A DNA stretch of 48,453 nt, counting the filler, from Sphacelaria rigidula (taxonomy: Eukaryota): assembly GCA_964200075.2 (NCBI GenBank). It is 3 parts of 3 records of this genome, joined end to end, with 100 filler letters (N's around TTAATTAATTAA, not from the genome) between each part and the next. Parts side by side here need not be neighbours in the genome. Positions count along the whole stretch, not along the records: positions 1 to 16,085 come from CAXNAA020001489.1; positions 16,186 to 32,269 come from CAXNAA020001490.1; 1 more part is not named here. The stretch is one strand, 5' to 3'. Position 1 is the first letter of the stretch. Every line of letters starts with the position of its first letter. This document shows positions 12,780 through 25,010 of the stretch, in pieces. Below the pieces are notes generated by a model that saw nothing but the letters and a program-made list of their open reading frames with translations, was not told the origin of the DNA and made no database searches. A program made the translations under genes and the position numbers.

Positions 12780-13950
12780 CTCAATCACGAGCCATCCACG
12801 ACCAAACCTGCTCTGGAAGTGCGCATTCGAAAGCACTCATCAGCAGGTTTGCATTGTTACATCTCGAATCCGCACAATTCGTGTGCACCCGACAAGATAC
12901 AAGAAAATCACGGGTGTATGCCTCATCCTATTGGCCGCTACCTCTGCGAAGTATTGTCAGGTTGTACGAGTGACACTCACTACTCTGCAAGATCCTTTTA
13001 CAATGTTCCACACAGAGCTCTCCGACGAAGACACACCAAACACCCCCCGTGGGCGGAAACCGTTCCTACAACGACTGTTCCTGAGACGACAAAGATTTGC
13101 CGCAGTCACTGACTGCACACGAAATCTGAGCCTGAAATAGTGCGGGTTTAACTCGGAGGGTTCTCTTCATGAGATTTTTCAGGCTTACTGGTGGCGTGCA
13201 TCCGGACATAATTGATGGATTATCTGAACATGGCTCCCCACGATGGTGCGCTGTCATGTATGCGAAGCTCCTCGCTCGAAGGATAGTTTCAAGCCGCCCA
13301 CCTGATTTAGAGCCACGGAGCATATCTATACCATGGGCACCTTGAACACAATGCAACTGGTACGTGTTCGGTGGGTTTCCGTCTCAACGATCGTACCTTA
13401 GCTGGTGCTCTTGAGGGCTTACGGGCACATCGAGTTGGAGCATCGTGAATTATCGCCAACGGAACTAACGAAGGATCGCTTGTCGGTGTTGTGAAGTAGC
13501 CATTTTCCATTGTGTGGCGTCTTTGGCACTAGTGTATTGCACTGTGGAATACTAAAAGCGCTCGGTGTGGTGATGGTTCGGGTGTCGCCGTCTCGCAATA
13601 GGAAGGACAAGAACATGTCACCGCGCCGAGCTGGTGATGCCTGATATCGTGGTGTTTTCGCGCATGGTCGTGAATAGGACGGTATGCAAGGGCCAGGCCC
13701 GTGTTATCTGTTTGCATTCATGTAAACCTGTATCAAAGACCACGATGTTCACCACCTGGGGCAAGTGAGAACAAGAGCTCCAACTCATATGTGATCAAGG
13801 CCCTGCACTGCCGTATTTCTCCGTTTACCCAATATATCGATGTATCCAATGACACAACTTTCGAGGGCGTGACCGCGCTGCAGTTGATGGCAAAATGGAG
13901 AGCGGATTTTTTATGACGCCGGGTAATGCGTGAGTCTTGGTCCATGACAC
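12780..13950 (-). mobile_element. Possible decayed Ty3/Gypsy RT-RNase H fragment
   Basis: Minus-strand IDILGK (~13825-13845; cf. VDYLGH) followed by GAVTCSCPSY...PHRALL (~13555-13630; cf. WAV...RPY....TDHRAL). Weak. Confidence 0.3.
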
Positions 13951-13972
13951 CTCAATCCCACCAGTCGATTAA

Positions 13973-15199
13973 CCCTTTTGGGACCGACGCCCCAGTAACA
14001 CGGGGCTGACCTAGGCTTTTGCTCTCTATGCGCGCATATAATTTGCATACATGATGAGCTCTTGTTTGTCGGTCTTCCACACTGAAATCAAATCATTGTA
14101 ACGCCTCGGCGGGGTTGCCGCTTCAAAATGGCCCTTTTCGAACGAGACGCGTAAGTTTTTCGGGAAATAGCGCATTAAGAGCAAAAGCTTATGCTGACCA
14201 TGTGTTGTTGAAATAGTAGAAAATAGTCAAGGGAGCGACCTGCCCAATCACGGGGAGGCGGAATCTATCGACCAGACCCGAACGACCAGCGCGGGAACTG
14301 TCGCTGAGTGTGATGTCACTGCTGCAAAGATCGTGTGGGGGCCCTATTTTCTGGCCCAGATGAGCCTTACCAGTTCACGAAAGCGAGGATGCTCGGAGCA
14401 TGGCGTATCGTATTACTCGCGTTCAGTATAGCATTCCCGGGAGTTCCCGGCAGTTTTTTGGGGTTGCCAGCCTATACCAAAACGTGGTAATTACACTCAC
14501 ACAGAGTGGAGTGGGAAAAACCGGGAAGGAGTGTACATGCTACCATGTGGTCATTTTTACGATACACTAAACCCAGGTGGACGGTGGAAAGACAAGAGGA
14601 GCTACTGTATCGTCACAAATTCTGCTTACCCCTCTGCCGATGCCTTGCAGTATGCAGTTGACATGTATGTAGTGGGCGGGGATGAAAACGCGGTATATAG
14701 GCAGTTGATCTCGGTAGCTGAGAACTGCCCAGAACGTGCGAGGAAGTATACAGCGGCAGCTGCTGCTGCAGTCGGAGAGGTGCACTGCACTGCACTGTAC
14801 TGTGTGTATGCGCGCCGCAACGCTGATACCTTCGGAAGAAAATTTGCCGCATGCAACAAAGAGGAAAATGACGGTCCACCCGGATCACAAAGGGCTGTGT
14901 GGCAAGGTGATGATGGCAATAATATCACCCAACGCCGAAGTAGCGGGTGGCCCGCCGGTCGCTGCATCCTGTTGAAAGCTCTCTACGGTGACCCATACTG
15001 CTCGCTACATCAGATGTACGTTACCTAATGCGCACCCTGCACCTGAAAATAAACTGGAAGAAACTTTCGGCCTTCCTCATAACCCTGCGGTTTACATGCG
15101 CGGATCTCAGCAAGATTGAGCCACTGTTTCGTGCAGACGCCTTGCACGTCATTCCTAACCAGCCTGATTGGTCGTTCTGCAGGCCCGGTCCCAAAAGGC
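13973..15199. mobile_element. Non-autonomous piggyBac-type element
   Basis: TTAA (13969-13972) + CCCTTTTGGGACCG ... CGGTCCCAAAAGGC + TTGA (15200-15203): terminal inverted repeats with a TTAA-type target. A homologous partial copy lies inverted at 18754-19320. No transposase ORF. Confidence 0.75.
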
Positions 15200-15416
15200 T
15201 TGAGGAACAAGCATGCCTTGAAAAAAAATCGAGTAGTAGGTGATGATCGTCTCTCGGTGTTCGTCTCCTGTCTCGTCCTTTGTTTTCGCCATCCCGGCCA
15301 TGGCCCATCGTTCGTGTCTGACTTTGCGGTGGCTGTTGTGCCATTTTGTGTGTCTGTTCTGTGCTCGCTCTTGCTTCCTGTGGGTATTTGTCGTACATCG
15401 GCGAGAGAAGAGACAG

Positions 15417-15485
15417 GACGCGGGCTCGAAGGCGTACGATGAGATGGCGGCAGCTGGGATCCCAGAGTACAACATTTTCATCAAG
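15417..15485 (+). CDS. Exon 3 of plastid-targeted HHL1-like gene (DAGSKAYDEMAAAGIPEYNIFIK)
   Basis: Acceptor GACAG at 15412-15416, donor AAG|GTCAGC at 15486, 69 nt, phase 0 matching exon 2. Peptide resembles the YD.M...G.PEY.IF.R motif recalled for algal HHL1-like (DUF6523) proteins. Confidence 0.72.
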
Positions 15486-16085
15486 GTCAGCGATAATCGT
15501 GCAAGCACTGCGGCACAGATGCGGCCTCGGTCGTGTCCCGGGCCACCTCATTATTTTTTGTACAGACACGCTCGTGTCCTCCCTCCGCGTCTTGCTTTAG
15601 CCACGGAGCTGTTTAGTGAAGTAAGCCATGAAAGATTACTGGTGGTGGGTATCCTGACTCACGAATCATGCACACCACGTACGATTTGACGTCAACGAAG
15701 TTGATTGTTTCTTACTTCGCGCGTGCCGAACGTGGGAAAATGTGTTGAGCACGAGCGCACGGCGAACCTATGGTGAGGTCGATTCTGAACCGTCAACGCA
15801 AACAGTTTTGTTTTTGTGCCTCCTGGATTTTACTCCACTGACGGGGCAACATATTTTTTCGGGGTTTTTCTTCTTTCAAATATTCGTCGGATTGGTAAGG
15901 GGCCTGGAGCAAACGAATGGGATTGAATCCGCATCAATCCGCCTCAGCGTGGGTCGATGGGCATGCTGGGTAACAAAATGTCCATCCACGTAGGGCAGAT
16001 GACTATTGATGACACACATCCTGCACTCCCCCCCCCACCCTCCCCCACCCCACCCACACACCACGTGAGACAGCAAAGAAGAGCG

Positions 16086-16185
16086 NNNNNNNNNNNNNNN
16101 NNNNNNNNNNNNNNNNNNNNNNNNNNNNNTTAATTAATTAANNNNNNNNNNNNNNNNNNNNNNNNNNNNNNNNNNNNNNNNNNNN
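16086..16185. other. Artificial scaffolding linker N44-TTAATTAATTAA-N44
   Basis: Exactly 100 bp with a 12-mer giving stops in all six frames; identical linker at 32270-32369. Confidence 0.97.
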
Positions 16186-18144
16186 TTCCTCCAGTGTTGG
16201 TGCTGCCCCGAGCGGTACTGAATCCCCAGTGGTTGACGCTGCCGGTCGCTGCTTCACCTCCTCGACGATGGCTGGGTTCAGTGTTCATACAACGCGTATA
16301 TCTACACATCGCAATTCATACTGCACTGCAAACCAAGAGAGGGAGAGGTTGCAAAGGGGAATGTTATGGATGTGGTATTCCGAAAAAAGAAATCCAACAT
16401 CGAGGTAGCGGCAGTCATGAAATGTCATTAACGCGATATTAATATTGTTATGCCCGCAAGGGCAGATCCATGCAAACTCCTGGGTACCAGGCATGCGCAC
16501 CCACTTCACGTTCACCCCTTGCAAGACTTCTGGAACCTGCGGCATATTTCCAGCGCCGGTACCCTCGGCGCTTTGATATTCACTCCCTGCTTCTGCGGAC
16601 GTGTTCTTCTCTCCTTGCTTCGACTTACCCCTACCACCTACCGTTTCGGTACACCCGGCGCAGGCCGACGTTACCGGCCAACACGTGCCGTACAGTAGTA
16701 CAGCAAGTACTATCGCCATCATCCAGCGATCAGGGGAGTACCCCCTATGAAATCGGAAATCCCCCCCCCCCCCCCTCCTCCTCCAACCCCAAAATGAGGT
16801 TTGTGCGGCGGAGGGCGGGGCGGTGCATGGATTTCCCGATATGGGACCCCTCGGTTTGCAACAATATCGGCCGCCAAGATGTCGAAGTTAGTGGACGTGC
16901 GCGTGCAAATATGCATCCATCTCTAGTACACGAAGTCTGGACTGCGGGATAGCCGCTTTGGGGGCGCATCAGCGGCATTCCCCGAAATTTGCTTGTGGCC
17001 ATTTGAGTAACTTGTGCGGGATCCAATCGTGCAGGCGCTTGACGCATATGTTGCCTGTGTTGTGTCCGACTCGTGGGCAAAGTTTTATGAGGGAACGCGA
17101 AGTCGTCGGCGAGAAATCCACAACGAAAGTTGCTCTTGGAGATTAGTTTACCGTAGGGAAGTATCCAAATAAACACGAGTTTCGGTTACGCCGTGGTTAC
17201 GCCGTGGTTACGCCGCATGTCAGATGTGGTTCCGCAGTATCACGGTACTGTCAAATGTAGGACAGATAGTACAGGCAGTACATTGCATCAGCAATTATGC
17301 TGCACTTTACGATGGTCGAGACAGAGCTTTCAAATCTCAAAGCCACCAGCTGCGCCGCCAGGCATGCATGCAAACGATCATGCTGTTCTCATTTGTGCTG
17401 AAAGCAATTGAGATGCTTCTTTTTCAGACGGATTGCGCAGTCCACATGTTACAACCTAGGCGCGGTGACGGGTGGAAACGCGAACCGCGGCCGCCAACTA
17501 TCGGCGTACCATGGGACCCGCAGGGCACCCGTACCGAGCAACACCATGCACACCACCGAACGCGGGACATGATTGCGTTTTCAGCCTGCAACTTGCGCCG
17601 ACGATCCAGCCTTAAAACATAGCTTTTCAGATATGCCGCGTGTTGGGCTGTAGGTCCTTCCCAGGGAGCTCCTGGCTCGTGTGGATTATACCTACTTTGA
17701 GGATCCTCTCAGCTGATATGATTAGCGGGCGTAGCTTCATAACAGTCAGGCCTGAGACATCCGAGGGTTTCCAGTGCTCGGGGCAGGTAGTTTTTGAAGA
17801 GAGGGGCTTTCTCTACGCAGAGCATCGGAGAAGCTCACGGAATCAATCATGGGGGTTTGGAAGTTTCCCGCGGGAAATTATGAGCAGTGCAGGAGGCCCG
17901 AGAGGCGCGGGATGCTCATTCTGACCAATCATGGTCGTCAAAATGAGTACGTTTGTTCCGGTTCGGGTGGACTAAGTTGATTATTTCCGCTGTCTATCCC
18001 CACGACCCATTTTGGTCATGGGAAATCAACCATATATCACATGGGTACACATAACTTGTTTTGTGTTCTGCTTGTAGTCTACGCCGCCTGCCTGATCCCT
18101 CATGTGCTGCCAGCATAGCGTTACACTGTAGTGTTGTTGAGCAC

Positions 18145-18749
18145 TAGGCAGAGGCACCAGCAGCATGCAGTGAACTGTGTTCAGTGGAGAGCGATGACAC
18201 ACTTATACTGTCTCTTGCCGTTGTATCCAGTGAAGACATACAGCACACATACATACCAACTCTGCACGCAATTGACGTAACGTGATGTAACTTTTGGATG
18301 GGACAAATGTAACGTAACGTGATGTAACTCGTAATTTTTCGAATGTGCCCTGACATAGCGTTTTACTTTCGAAATGGGACGAATAGTCTGCTTGCTATCG
18401 TGTTTGTAACGTGTCACGCGTCACGTTGAAAATTCACAAAAAACAGCCTTTCTTTTACATCTGGAAATCCCAAGAGACACTGCTTCAAGGTCCACACGTT
18501 ACATCACGTTACCTTATATTTGTCCCGTCCAAAAAATGTAGCGTTAAATGACCCAGAGTTACGTTTTTCCCGGTATTTTCAAATGTGTCACGTGTGTCAC
18601 GTGTATATCCCTCCTATTTCTTATATAGATGACAAATATCCACATGTTGATGAAAAAGGCGTTTTGTGTAGCGAGAAAAGAGCAGTTCTGCACCCGAAAA
18701 AGGGCATACTCAAAATCAGTCGACCTGCGGGGGGGTCGCCGTCTAAGGG
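18145..18749. mobile_element. Right part of a second piggyBac-type non-autonomous family
   Basis: Ends GCCGTCTAAGGG+TTAA at 18749. Segment 18147-18250 is homologous to 24057-24155, which follows the matching left end CCCTTAGAC at ~23976. Internal inverted repeats at ~18290-18330 and ~18495-18535. Confidence 0.5.
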
Positions 18750-18753
18750 TTAA

Positions 18754-19320
18754 CGCTTTTGGGACTGGGCCTACAGAACGACCAATAACCTGGGTAGGAA
18801 TGACGCGTCTGGTGTCTGCACGAAACAATTGCTTCATGTTGCTGAAAATCCGCGTATGTAACCGCAGGGTGAGGAGAAACACCTCAAGTTTTATCCTATC
18901 TCTTTTCAGGCGCAGGCACAAACTGTAGTTCGGGTGGGGTGCGCATCAGGTACTGTACAGATGTAACAAGCAGTATGGGTCGCCATAGAGAGCTTTCAAC
19001 AGAATGTGGCGACCGGCGGGCCGCCCGCTACTTGTGGCTTTGGATAATGTTGTAGTCCCCATCACCTTGCCACACAGCCCTTCGGGGCCGGGGTGGGCCG
19101 TGATTTCCTCATTGCTGCAAGCGGCAAATTCTCTTCGAGGGTCATGGGCGTTGCGGTGCACATAGACGACAGTATGCCTTACCCATTCTCAGCAGTTCTC
19201 CGCGACGGACATCAGCTGCCGATACCCAGCTTGTCCGTTCCCGTCGACTACATCAGAGCTCACTGCATATCGTACCGCCTCAGCGCAGGGATACGCAGAA
19301 CTCATGCCTCTGGCTCCGTC
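18754..19320 (-). mobile_element. Truncated copy of the 13973-15199 piggyBac-type element
   Basis: TTAA+CGCTTTTGGGACTGGG terminus; inverted homology to ~14600-15199 (both translate to ...ILLKALYGDPYC). Confidence 0.7.
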
Positions 19321-19514
19321 TCCCGTTCCACGGCGTCGCTAGGTTTGGCTGCCTTGTGCCATGCTACGATAGGGGGGGGGGGGGGGGGGGGGTGTTCTCA
19401 CGAAAAAATGTGCCCATAGATGCGTAAAACGGCATGAAACACTCGCGGTGCGCTTGTATTCGGGTAAAAGCGGTGTAAAGCAGTATGAATGGGCGTAAGA
19501 TGACCACATAAATT

Positions 19515-19956
19515 AACAGCCGATCATCGAAATCGAGGATGGAGCTTTTCACTGAGGATGAGAACCCGGAGGGTTAAGATCTTCGTATCTGCACCATTTC
19601 TTCGAAATATGGTTCTATTCCTTCACCTACTGTTAGCTATTGACAACTGTCACACGCCCTACAAATTTGGATTTTGATCACCGAAATGTTGGGGTCCTAG
19701 ATGAAGAAACAACTATGGAATTTCGGAGATCCGATCGCGTCTCCGAAATTCCCCGAAATTAGATTTCACCCTAGGACACAAGCATTTTGGTCATCAAAAT
19801 CCAAATTTGTAGGGCGTGTAGCAGTTGTCAATAGCCACCCATAGGTGTAGGAATGGAACCATATTTCGAAGATTTGGCGTGGATACGAAGATTTTCATTC
19901 TCCGGGTTCTCATCCTCAATGAAAAGCTCCATCCTCAATGTCGATGATCGGCTGTT
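19515..19956. mobile_element. Foldback (near-fully palindromic) MITE, AACA...TGTT termini
   Basis: AACAGCCGATCATCGA ... TCGATGATCGGCTGTT; arms pair almost to the centre (~19735). Homologous to 44031-44476. Confidence 0.85.
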
Positions 19957-20422
19957 GACAGTAGGGTACACTATTCCCGTATTTCCCCGAGCAGCCTGTG
20001 TTAGTGTAATTACTACATTTTACTTTAGGATGGTGACCCACAACACAGTCGGAGAAATGGGGGGTGGACCTATATCAATTGCACACAAATGATTAACAAA
20101 ATGGGAAAGACATCCACGGCTATCTCGGGTTTCTTTTCGCTCCGAAGCCTTTGTTGTGGATCAGGGAGAGGGTATACACACAAAGTTGTCAGTGACATCA
20201 GTCTCGGCGACAGCCCCCCCCCCCACTGGTCGTTCGGATGTGGTCGATACATTTCTCCCTGCCGTGATTGGGCAGGTCGCTCCTAGATCTTTCCAATATT
20301 GTTTTCCAACACATGACGAACCCCTTGTTACTGAAGGTCAGTCCCAAAAGGGGTCGGTATGTGTTGGCCGAGTAGTATGTTGGTGCGGTGAGGCGCCAAT
20401 CTATTATCGTATATTTTGCCAA

Positions 20423-21249
20423 TATATTTGTCGAATTAGACCCATTTTTATGTCAAACGAATCTCGATTTTTTGGGACGCCGATTTCGAAAAAATCGGGG
20501 GGGCCGTTTTATGGCACAGACGGTACAGTATCACAGATTTGTGAAACGGTTCTGTACACAGACGGTTATCTTCCGCATGAGTGGGGTACTGCGTACTCCT
20601 GGATGAAGCCGAAGAGCAGGCAGGCGGTGAACAATCCTTCGAGTACAGTGTCGTACCTTGATACGCTAGGGTAATACAGTGTAGAACACTTCATCAGTAC
20701 GGTACATGATGGCACAGTCGGTATTGCGAGAACAGAGAACAAATAGTGCGCAAGGAGGGTTCAATAGTGCATTGCCGCACATCACCCCCCAAGCACAGCG
20801 ACAACAGCTAGGAAAGTACAGTAGCGTTCGTTGTAGTGATACATATAGCAGCGCAGCGCATTATAACATATTACTATCGCCGTAGGGTAATATGTCGAAC
20901 CCCGTGCGAAGTTGCTTCAGCAGCTGGGGGCGGTAGTACGCACGCCCTGTGCTTTCACAAGACTATCTCCTGCTGCCGTTGCAAAAATGACAAACGCCTC
21001 ATACTCTATAATGGTAATTTACGTCAATGCACGTACGTCACCTAAAACAAATTCGGGGGAAGTCACGATCCCGGAACGATTTTCCCCGTTTTTTTTTTCG
21101 AAAAATCGGGGGAAACGTTCCGAGATCGTAACCCCCCGATTTGGTCCAAATCCGTGTTCATGAAGTGCGTTCCCCGATCTTTTGTCCCCCCGATTTTGAA
21201 GAAATCGAGATTCGTGCCTGCCATAAAAGTGGGTCTTATAGCCAATATA
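20423..21249. mobile_element. Non-autonomous TIR element with subterminal AAATCGGGGG repeats
   Basis: TATATTTG..AGACCCATTTTTATG..CGAATCTCGATTT at left pairs with AAATCGAGATTCG..CATAAAAGTGGGTCT..CAATATA at right; repeated ATCGGGGG/CCCCGAT motifs. Confidence 0.6.
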
Positions 21250-22279
21250 TTACTCGTACATTGGCTACCACACAAGGTAATATGTACTTAGGATTCATAA
21301 TACTCGACACCCGAGGCGCCAATATATATCGCCGTTCCGATATGTCGTGCGTCAATGCGTATGGGTGTAGCAATATATGTTGATTCAATATGTATATTGG
21401 AAGTGTAAAGGAATGAGTATAGTGAGCAGTTTTATGCTCGCGAGCGCTGTTGAAAAATGTACCAACAGATGTCGAGAACTCTCAATATATTCCTCGCGAG
21501 CATATTACATCTTGCCTGCACAACAGCTGTGCAATGAGCATGCGCAATTTATATTGGATACGAGAATGCTTTTGCAGGGTTTGTGTTCAATAAATATGTT
21601 ATGCCAACATGCTTCGCTTGGACTCGATATATTTTGACACTTCAACACGCACATGGCCGGCATGCAAAATATAGTTTTTAATGTTTTTTTTGGAGCAAAT
21701 GCATGTCTAACATGTTTTGTCATGCAGTACTTCACGATCATGACACGAGAAATATGTGGTATTGCTTCAGTGTTTTCGAGGACATTCACTTCAAAACATA
21801 CACGGCCGGCATGCCCACTATATGTTTAACTAGTGGTAAAGCGACGACTGATGCGCGTAGCAGCAGGGCTGCAGGTACCAACGCCAAGGGTCCCACACGC
21901 TCAGATTTTGAGCAGAATAGCGAAAAGCAAAAAGATCTTCGATATTTATCAACACCTATTTGCATGAGCAGACTGAGACTTCCAACCCCATGGCTACCCG
22001 TAACGACCACGAAAGAAGAAGGAAGCTGGCGCCAATCTGGCAGCCCTAAATAAGTAGAGAACCTATATAGAAGCAAGGAGCAAATCAAACGGGCCCAACC
22101 CCACGGTCAAACGTAATCACCACGAAAAAATGGAGAAATCCTGGCCCTGTTGGCGCCAACCTGGCAGTGCTACATGAGTAGAGATTTTCCCCCCAAATAA
22201 TGAAGGACCAAACTGAGTAGGATGAGCGTCCCGTCACTCGTCTAACCTGCCACCGGATGTACAGTAACGAAGCCACAGA

Positions 22280-22652
22280 TTATCGACGCCTAGCTCGACG
22301 ACACTCGCTGGCAGTAGTGAGGCGTCGGCCGCACGTAGGTCATGGGCAACACTCTGGCCGTAGGTATCAACTCGACAGCGAAGGTCATCGTCGACGATCG
22401 TTCCCATGTATCAACTCGAGGGCGAAGGTCAACGTTGAGGGTCGTGACTTGTTCCTAGAGTGTGTCGACGGCGTATCCGTTGGTGTGTAGGGTGCTTGCT
22501 GCGTTGATATCATGCTTTCGAAACGCCTGACGGTAGCCATTTACGATGTTTTCGCACCCCGCGCGACACATCTGATTTATTTGTTTCACGACACCTCGAC
22601 GAACTCGGGCGGATGCTGTTTCTTTTTCGTTCTCTTGACATCTCTTTTTCAC
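22280..22652 (-). mobile_element. Possible hAT transposase remnant
   Basis: Minus-strand RVDTWERSSTM (~22387-22420) loosely resembles hAT DV.TRWNST..M. Weak. Confidence 0.2.
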
Positions 22653-23339
22653 TGCTCATCGTTTTTATTTTATGCTTTTGCTTGGTGTTTGGAGTCGCAG
22701 AATACGCCGCTCAATGAGCACTTCCATGTCATGTAAGGGTAGTACGGTAGTGACGGTCGTGGAAAGGCGAGCTTACTTCGGTGACCACGTCTTGGACAGA
22801 TCGGGCTCTTGTACTGAAATGACAATATTAATAAGTAATAACTAGTGGTAAGCCACGGCTGACGCACGTGGCAGCAGTGCCGCAGGTATCAACATGACGC
22901 GTCTCACACACGTGGAGGCTTTGAGCAGAAATGGTCGAGAGCAAAAAAATCGATCCTGACCTCAGCCATAATTTAATTGTATGAGCAGAGAAGGACTTTC
23001 AACCCCAAGGTAAGGTGCTAGTTCGAGGGCTGCTAAACTCCGAAAAGTGTCTGGGCTGCCCGAGGACATTTTTTCGACCATATATCATGTTTCCTCCTTT
23101 TTTGGATACGCTTGATTTAAACTACATGCTTGACACGGTAAAATCGTGGGTAAAAGTCACGCCCTCCCTATTTAGATGCCACATACACCTTCATGCACCT
23201 GACACATCCCGGGATTCCACCTTCTTTTCGAATCTCTTTCAGGCTTACCCTTAAAACCCCGCAAAAAAAGTACTTTCCCGATTTGTTTCGCTGACCGCGG
23301 GACGTGCCCTGTGAAAGGTTACACTTCGCCGCCCTCATT

Positions 23340-23421
23340 GTTTTTTTTTGTCGCGCTTTGAAGCCCTCCCCTTCCTCGGGATGAGTCCGTCGTCTCAAGG
23401 GATCAACCCATCTCTGACCCA
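23340..23421 (-). mobile_element. SINE family 2, 3' fragment
   Basis: Poly-T followed by GTCGCGCTTTGAAGCCCTCCCCTTCCTCGGGATGAGTCCGTCGTCTCAAGGGATCA, matching 1527-1590. Confidence 0.7.
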
Positions 23422-23559
23422 ATATAATTTAATTAAAGCAAATGGAAAATGAGCACAGACGGATGGAACTGGGTAGAAAAAGTGGAAGGGGAGATCTAAG
23501 CAGATACCTCCGTGACTACTACCTACAAAAGAAGAAAGTAAGCGTGACCATTAGAGATG

Positions 23560-23740
23560 CTGAACGGGGGGATGTTTTCCATCGAAAAGTGTCTCGGCGG
23601 TTCGACCACACGTCACCGCCCAGAGACCCCTCTTGACGGAGGATCCTGAGAAATGGGGTTGAAAACTAAAATAATATTCAACTTTAGAACAATGCTTTCC
23701 CAACCTAAACTAATGACGTCTTACTTTCATGCGAATCATC
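23560..23740. mobile_element. Fragment related to the CACTG-type MITE family
   Basis: GACGGAGGATCCTGAGAAATGGGGTTGAAAAC...TTCAACT...TGCTTTCCCAACCTAAA resembles 24290-24620 and the arms of 25011-25894. Confidence 0.55.
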
Positions 23741-23745
23741 AGCAG

Positions 23746-23832
23746 GGGAGTATCTCAAACTCAAGGTTCGGGGTATGTTTCACAGTAATTTACAGTCAAA
23801 TATACCGGGAACCCCGAGTTTAAGATACCTCC
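23746..23832. repeat. ~87-bp hairpin (mini-MITE)
   Basis: GGAGTATCTCAAACTCAAGGTTCGGGGTATGTTTCACAGTAA pairs with TTACAGTCAAATATACCGGGAACCCCGAGTTTTAAGATACCTCC; partial second copy at 28560-28620. Confidence 0.65.
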
Positions 23833-24289
23833 AGCAACCCCCCCCCCCCCTGGAAATTATTTCAGTCGGTACTGCGGGTTTTGAGGTGGGCTTGAAAAAC
23901 ACTTGAAGAACCGGGATGTGCCAGCGTTGTGGAGGTGTATGTGTAGCGTCTGAATACAAAGGGGCGTCACAAAAACCCTTAGACACCGAGCATCGCCTCG
24001 GAACAGTGTCACAGCAGGCTGACAGTCCACGGACATACGGAGTTTTCCTCGAATAAGCAGAGGTACAGCAGCATGCAGTAGACTGTGTTCAGTGAGAGCG
24101 ATGGCACGCTGAATGTATCTTGCCGTTATATCCAACAAAGACACACAGCACACGTACTGACGAAGGGAGTACGCGTGACCGTTACGGATGCTAAACGGAG
24201 GAGGGGGCGTACTCATTTGTTGCTTGCCTTAGTCATTTGACCATTGACCACGCATCCCTTTCGAGACGGAGTAAACGGAGGAGGGGGGG

Positions 24290-24625
24290 GAGGGGGGGTC
24301 AGCCCTCGAACAGTGTCCGGGCTGTTCGACGATACCTCACCGACCATACACCACTCTTAACGGAGGACCCTGCGAAATGGGGTTGAACCAGGTTGAACAT
24401 TACAATGAAGTTCAACTTCAACCAGTGCTTGGCTGACCTAAAGTAGTGACATATTACTTTCATATATGGACGACCTCATCCACTCCGATCTCCCTGAAAC
24501 CATTTGGGGGGTTTCTAGCCTTCGGTTCCCGCAGAGAGTATGTGCGACAACACATTTTGGCCTCGATTTTCGGGTGAAAAGTGGGACGCTTTTAGCCCCA
24601 AAATAGTTTCAGGGAGATTCGGGGG
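24290..24625. mobile_element. Fragment related to the CACTG-type MITE family
   Basis: GGACGACCTCATCC..CCGATCTCCCTGAAAC..TTTCTAGCCTTC homologous to 25119-25180; runs into poly-G and a small gap. Confidence 0.6.
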
Positions 24626-25010
24626 GGGGGGGGGGGCTGCTTTATTATATCTAACGCCCAAGACCCNNNNNNNNNNGACATTACCTATCGAAGTGTGGCT
24701 GGGGGGGGGGGGGGGGGGGGGGGGGGGTCGTATGTATTACTCGTATCGCACACGTCGCCGAGGACCACAGTTTTTTATATGAATCTTTCTGTGAATACAT
24801 CCAGCTCCGGTTTCTTTCCTATTTCGTTATGGGTACAGAAGTGTGCGCTGTATGCACGTGGTGCTGATAAGTGGGGATGGTGGGGAGCCAGTGTGTTGTA
24901 TATCTATGCTGACGTCTATCTGCAGAGATGGAATTTTCCGCAAAGCTGCTTGTAGGAGTTGAACCTGCCAACAGAAACATGGCTCAATTTCATCCGCCAT
25001 CCCCTGTTCG

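Noticed and set aside
14531..15028. 165-aa ORF with a homologue at 18946-19161
   Set aside because: Similarity reflects two copies of a non-autonomous element; frames are not maintained and no transposase motif is present.
16285..16722. 145-aa minus ORF with hydrophobic N-terminus
   Set aside because: No recognisable domain or convincing splice structure.
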